Position numbers and translations under genes: made by a program. A DNA stretch of 64,000 bases from Promethearchaeota archaeon (GTDB lineage: Archaea; Asgardarchaeota; Lokiarchaeia; Sigyniarchaeales; SOKP01): contig JBHLOY010000003.1 in assembly GCA_048939995.1 (NCBI GenBank), positions 397,345 to 461,344 on the forward strand, written 5' to 3'. Shown here piece after piece: positions 60,261 to 64,000 of this stretch (its first letter is position 1; every line of letters begins with the position of its first letter). The notes below the pieces were generated by a model. The model was not told the origin of the DNA, searched no databases, and worked only from the letters and a program-made list of their open reading frames with translations.

Positions 60261-61292
60261 ATGTCGGATGAGATGCAACAATTACACAGAAGTGCATATA
60301 AATCTTATAGTGTAATTCTTGGCGATGGATTTATTTTGTTTACAAAAAGCTGGCTAACTATTATTGTTCCTATGACCTTCTTATCTATAATTTCAATCAT
60401 AATACAAAGTTTGATTATAACAGATATGAACTGGAATTTCACTTTGATGACTAGTGAAGTAGAAATAATTCTTAATAAAGATCCAACAAGTATTACAAAT
60501 GCAGATTTACAGGTTCTTCTGCGATATTTATCACTATATATAGGAATAATTGTTTTACAGTCTCTCATCGGTGCCTTTTTTACTGTGTTAGCGATGTGTT
60601 CAGTAAGTAGTTATCTTTTGAAAAAATTGAAAGGGTTGGATGTAAAATTTTTCCAAGAAGTAAAAACTTCCTTTAATTCAAAATTATTTATAGTACTAGT
60701 TCTACTAGGCGTTGTTGTTCCATTGGGAACCACTTTACTTATACCCGGGTTAATTCTCTTTAAACTATATATTTTCTCACTATTTACTTATAATGATGAA
60801 AATATCATAAAACCTTTGAAAGAGTCTCGATTTATTGCTAAAAAGACTTTCTGGAAAACAATAGGGATTTTTCTCATAGCTTTTGGGGTGCCTTTTCTTA
60901 TTAATTTCTTTGTATATCATCCTATTTTCTATTTTGTTTTCCCAAATAGAGCATCTTGGTATGATCCTGCTACTAGGAACTATCTTATGATAATACTCTA
61001 TAACTTTTTATATCAATTAACTGACATTCTTTTAGCTCCTTTATTCATTTGCTTACTTGCATCTTTTTATACTTCTCTAAAATCAAGGAGTGCAATAGTG
61101 TATCGATATCAAACCGAACCAATCCAAACTCGATATAGATCCTCAGAAAGCGAAGCTGCTAAACCAAAAGAACAAAATACTCAAGGATACAAATTTGATT
61201 CTGGATTATATTGCCCATATTGTGGATTTTTCATGGAAACCAAATTAGAAAGATGTCCTCAATGCAAAGAATCTTTAGATTTTCAATTTTAA
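60261..61292 (+). CDS. Membrane protein with a C-terminal zinc ribbon
   Basis: About 5-6 TMs; C-terminal CPYCG...CPQCK. Confidence 0.75.
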   Translation: MSDEMQQLHRSAYKSYSVILGDGFILFTKSWLTIIVPMTFLSIISIIIQSLIITDMNWNFTLMTSEVEIILNKDPTSITNADLQVLLRYLSLYIGIIVLQSLIGAFFTVLAMCSVSSYLLKKLKGLDVKFFQEVKTSFNSKLFIVLVLLGVVVPLGTTLLIPGLILFKLYIFSLFTYNDENIIKPLKESRFIAKKTFWKTIGIFLIAFGVPFLINFFVYHPIFYFVFPNRASWYDPATRNYLMIILYNFLYQLTDILLAPLFICLLASFYTSLKSRSAIVYRYQTEPIQTRYRSSESEAAKPKEQNTQGYKFDSGLYCPYCGFFMETKLERCPQCKESLDFQF

Positions 61293-61311
61293 AACAAACA
61301 ATGGTGGAAAA

Positions 61312-62103
61312 ATGTATATTAATATAAATAAGAAATTTGATCTAAAGCCAGAAAATATCAATAACCCAGTGGTTCTAATAGGCTGGCCAGGAATTGCTTT
61401 AGTAGCAAAATTAGCTATAACTTCAATTAAAGACTCAATTAAAGCAAAAGAGTTTTTGGATATCGAACATTTCGATTTTCCTCCCAAATCAAATGTTGAA
61501 AAAGGTAAGTTGGAAATTCCAACCGCAAAAGTTTATTATAAATCACGATCTGGTAAAAAAGAAAATGATTTATTTATTTTAACTGCTAATTATCAGCCTC
61601 AAACTCCCGAAGGGGTTTTTGAATTCTCTCAAAAATTTTGTGAGGAGATGGATAGAATAACAGATGGAACGATTTCCATGTACGTAAGTACTGGAGCTAT
61701 GGTTTCAGATAAAATTAGAGATGAACCAATAGTTCATGTGTGTGGAACTGATAAAAATATTACAGATTCGTTCTTAAAGTTTGAAAATACAACTTTAATG
61801 GAAGGAGGTATTATTGCAGGAGCAAACGGAATTTTACCTGCATGGGCGGGACAAAAAGGGTATGCTCCAGGAGTCTGCTTATTGGCAGAAACATTACCAT
61901 TACCTATGATGTCATTAGATCCTAAAGCTTCTAAAGCTTTAGTTACAATACTCAAAGATTTTTTCAATATAGATATGGGTTTTGAAGAGCTAGATAGACA
62001 AATAGAAGAAATGGAAGGAGTTATCGAATCTTATAAAAAGCAAGCAGAACATTTCATGAAAGGAGTTAGGGAAGATCGCGGCCCAGATTCATATTTTCGT
62101 TAG
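61312..62103 (+). CDS. PAC2-family proteasome assembly chaperone
   Basis: VLIGWPGIALVAKLA, QPQTPEG, GIIAGANG, CLLAET, DPKASK, DSYFR tail. Confidence 0.88.
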   Translation: MYININKKFDLKPENINNPVVLIGWPGIALVAKLAITSIKDSIKAKEFLDIEHFDFPPKSNVEKGKLEIPTAKVYYKSRSGKKENDLFILTANYQPQTPEGVFEFSQKFCEEMDRITDGTISMYVSTGAMVSDKIRDEPIVHVCGTDKNITDSFLKFENTTLMEGGIIAGANGILPAWAGQKGYAPGVCLLAETLPLPMMSLDPKASKALVTILKDFFNIDMGFEELDRQIEEMEGVIESYKKQAEHFMKGVREDRGPDSYFR

Positions 62104-62254
62104 TTAAATTTACTATTATCTTCTTTTTTAATAAACTATAATTTATACAAATTAGTAATTCTATTCTTAGCATTACAAGAGATAATAATTTAAATTGCTA
62201 TCAATTTTTATTACTAAAAATATTAATAATTAATCTAAATAATAGGAGTTCTTT

Positions 62255-64000
62255 ATGAAATTTTTCAAATTATTCGAACCTTTCAAAATTAAAAACATGA
62301 CTATTTCTAACCGTATTGTTATGCCAGCATTAAATCTCAATTACGCCAGTAATGGTTTTATAACCAAACGACTAATCGATTTCTATGTTGAAAGAGCCAA
62401 AGGTGGTGCCGGAATGTTAATTATCGGTGGCTCTTATGTTTCTATTTATGGCAAAGGTTTACCAATGATGATTGGTGTTGATGATGACAAATTTATTCCA
62501 AAACTAAAGGAATTTACCGAAGCTGTACATAAAACTCGACAGGATGTAAAACTCGTTTGCCAATTGTATCACGGTGGGGCTTATACTTATCCTCAAATTA
62601 TTGGGAGAACGCCAATAGCTCCATCTGCTGTATATAGTAAATTTAGTAAAACAACCCCTCGAGAGATGACGATAGAAGATATTGAACGAGAAAAGCAAGC
62701 ATTTGCAGATGCCACTATCCGTGCTAAAGAATCAGGTTTTGATGCTGTTGAAATATGCGCCAATGCGGGATATTTAATGGATCAATTTATATCTCCCTTA
62801 AAAAATAAAAGAAATGATAACTATGGAGGAGATCTTGAAAATAGGCTGAGGTTTCCTATTGAAACTATTGAATTAATGAAATCAAGTGTAAAGGATTTCA
62901 TATTTGGTTATCGTATTTCTGGCGATGATTTTGTTCCAGGTAGTAATACATATAAAGAAAAAGCTATAATAGCTGAGGAATTAGGAAAACACTTAGATTA
63001 TTTCAATGTTACGGGAGGCTGGCATGTGACAAAAACCCCCCAGACTACAATGGACGTTCCAGAGGGATGTTATACATATCTTGCTGAAAACATTAAGAAA
63101 AAAGTATCTATTCCCGTGTTCGCTTCTAACAGAATTAATGATCCTGAATTAGCTGAAAAGGTATTGATGGCAAATAAGGCAGATGCGATATGCATGGGTA
63201 GAGCATTAGTTGCCGATCCCTATTTGCCTACGAAAGCTAAGAATGGAGAATTAAGAGATATCATGAATTGCGTTGGTTGCAATCAAGGCTGTTTCGACAA
63301 CATTTTTAAAATGAAACCAGTTGGATGCTTAAGAAATGCAAGAGCAGGTAATGAAGCTCGTACAGAGTTAAAACCAATTAAAGAAAAAAAGAGAATTATG
63401 GTGGTTGGATCTGGACCTGGAGGTTTAGAGTCTGCTAGAATTGCAGCAATGAGAGGACATGAAGTTCATGTTTTTGAGAAAGATGATAAAATTGGAGGTT
63501 TATTAAACTTAATTTGGAGACCTCCAGGAAGAAATGAATTTAAAAAAATGATTGAAAATTATAACTATTGGCTCCAAAAATATAATATCCATCTACATTT
63601 GCAAGAAGAAGTCACTCTCGAGAAAGTTAAGGAATTTAATCCTGATGTAGTATTTATAGCTACAGGATCCAAGCCAATTTCGCCTCCTATTCTTGGTATA
63701 GATAAAGCATTTTGGGCAAATGATGCTTTTAATGGAGATGCGCCAATAGGTAAAAATAATGTCATAATTGGTGGTGGTGCTACGGGGATTGAATTAGCAA
63801 TTTATTTAGCAAAATATGGCACGTTAAGTTTAGAAGCATTTGATTTTCTTACATTTTATCAAGCACTAGAAGCTGAATATGCGTTAAATATGCTTCATGG
63901 AGCAAGAAACAAAGTTACAGTTTTAGAACAATTGCCCAAACTTGGTTCCGCATTAGGAAGAACTACAAAATGGGTTATGCTTGATAAATGTGATGCCTTA
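62255..64000 (+). CDS. NADH:flavin oxidoreductase / 2,4-dienoyl-CoA reductase (FadH-like), 3'-truncated by the window
   Basis: Absent from the ORF track because there is no stop codon in the window. AGGAG SD + ATG; MKFFKLFEPFKIKNMTISNRIVMPA, ERAKGGAG, AGYLMDQFISP, CVGCNQGC, VVGSGPGG, IIGGGATG. Confidence 0.9.
   Translation, partial: MKFFKLFEPFKIKNMTISNRIVMPALNLNYASNGFITKRLIDFYVERAKGGAGMLIIGGSYVSIYGKGLPMMIGVDDDKFIPKLKEFTEAVHKTRQDVKLVCQLYHGGAYTYPQIIGRTPIAPSAVYSKFSKTTPREMTIEDIEREKQAFADATIRAKESGFDAVEICANAGYLMDQFISPLKNKRNDNYGGDLENRLRFPIETIELMKSSVKDFIFGYRISGDDFVPGSNTYKEKAIIAEELGKHLDYFNVTGGWHVTKTPQTTMDVPEGCYTYLAENIKKKVSIPVFASNRINDPELAEKVLMANKADAICMGRALVADPYLPTKAKNGELRDIMNCVGCNQGCFDNIFKMKPVGCLRNARAGNEARTELKPIKEKKRIMVVGSGPGGLESARIAAMRGHEVHVFEKDDKIGGLLNLIWRPPGRNEFKKMIENYNYWLQKYNIHLHLQEEVTLEKVKEFNPDVVFIATGSKPISPPILGIDKAFWANDAFNGDAPIGKNNVIIGGGATGIELAIYLAKYGTLSLEAFDFLTFYQALEAEYALNMLHGARNKVTVLEQLPKLGSALGRTTKWVMLDKCDAL

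Noticed and set aside
7324-63765. Short ORF-track entries antisense to or nested in clear genes (e.g. 7324..7527, 16135..16368, 27856..28197, 34424..34759, 40682..40954, 57139..57390, 62504..62698, 63565..63765)
   Set aside because: Shadow ORFs overlapping well-supported CDSs, with no motifs.
1-64000. CRISPR arrays, rRNA genes, transposases, integrases, reverse transcriptases
   Set aside because: None recognisable on either strand.

Overview
AT-rich (~30% GC) archaeal chromosomal window, almost certainly from an Asgard archaeon of the Lokiarchaeia/Promethearchaeota type. The evidence is a gelsolin-domain protein, longin/uDENN-like domains, a small Ras-like GTPase, a Loki-CTERM-type sorting signal, archaeal ValRS, NreA, PAC2 and DUF2070. 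From left to right it holds: a partial longin-like gene, a gelsolin gene, tRNA-Leu(CAG) and an accessory stretch (heavy-metal P1B-ATPase, TPR protein, wHTH regulator, two orphan secreted proteins). Next come a kinase and a coiled-coil/winged-helix gene pair, then a complete tungstate uptake and Mo/W-cofactor cluster (tupABC, moaCADE, moeA, moaB, moeA) with two ModE-type operator boxes, followed by a MoxR AAA+/vWA pair. Transporters, valS, a low-GC accessory patch, nreA and an acyl-CoA ligase/FabH-like operon follow. The right end has a large receptor-like longin protein, an RsmB/NSUN methylase, a GTPase-uDENN operon, DUF2070, PAC2 and a truncated FadH-like oxidoreductase. The best hunt results are: (1) a candidate programmed -1 ribosomal frameshift (G_GAT_TTT plus a 3' stem-loop) fusing the MoxR ATPase to the vWA protein; (2) valS and a tRNA-proximal cargo each flanked by a duplicated 3' end of the neighbouring gene; (3) ModE-like boxes; (4) probable ATT/ATA start codons. 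All family calls come from motif recognition by eye; no searches were run.
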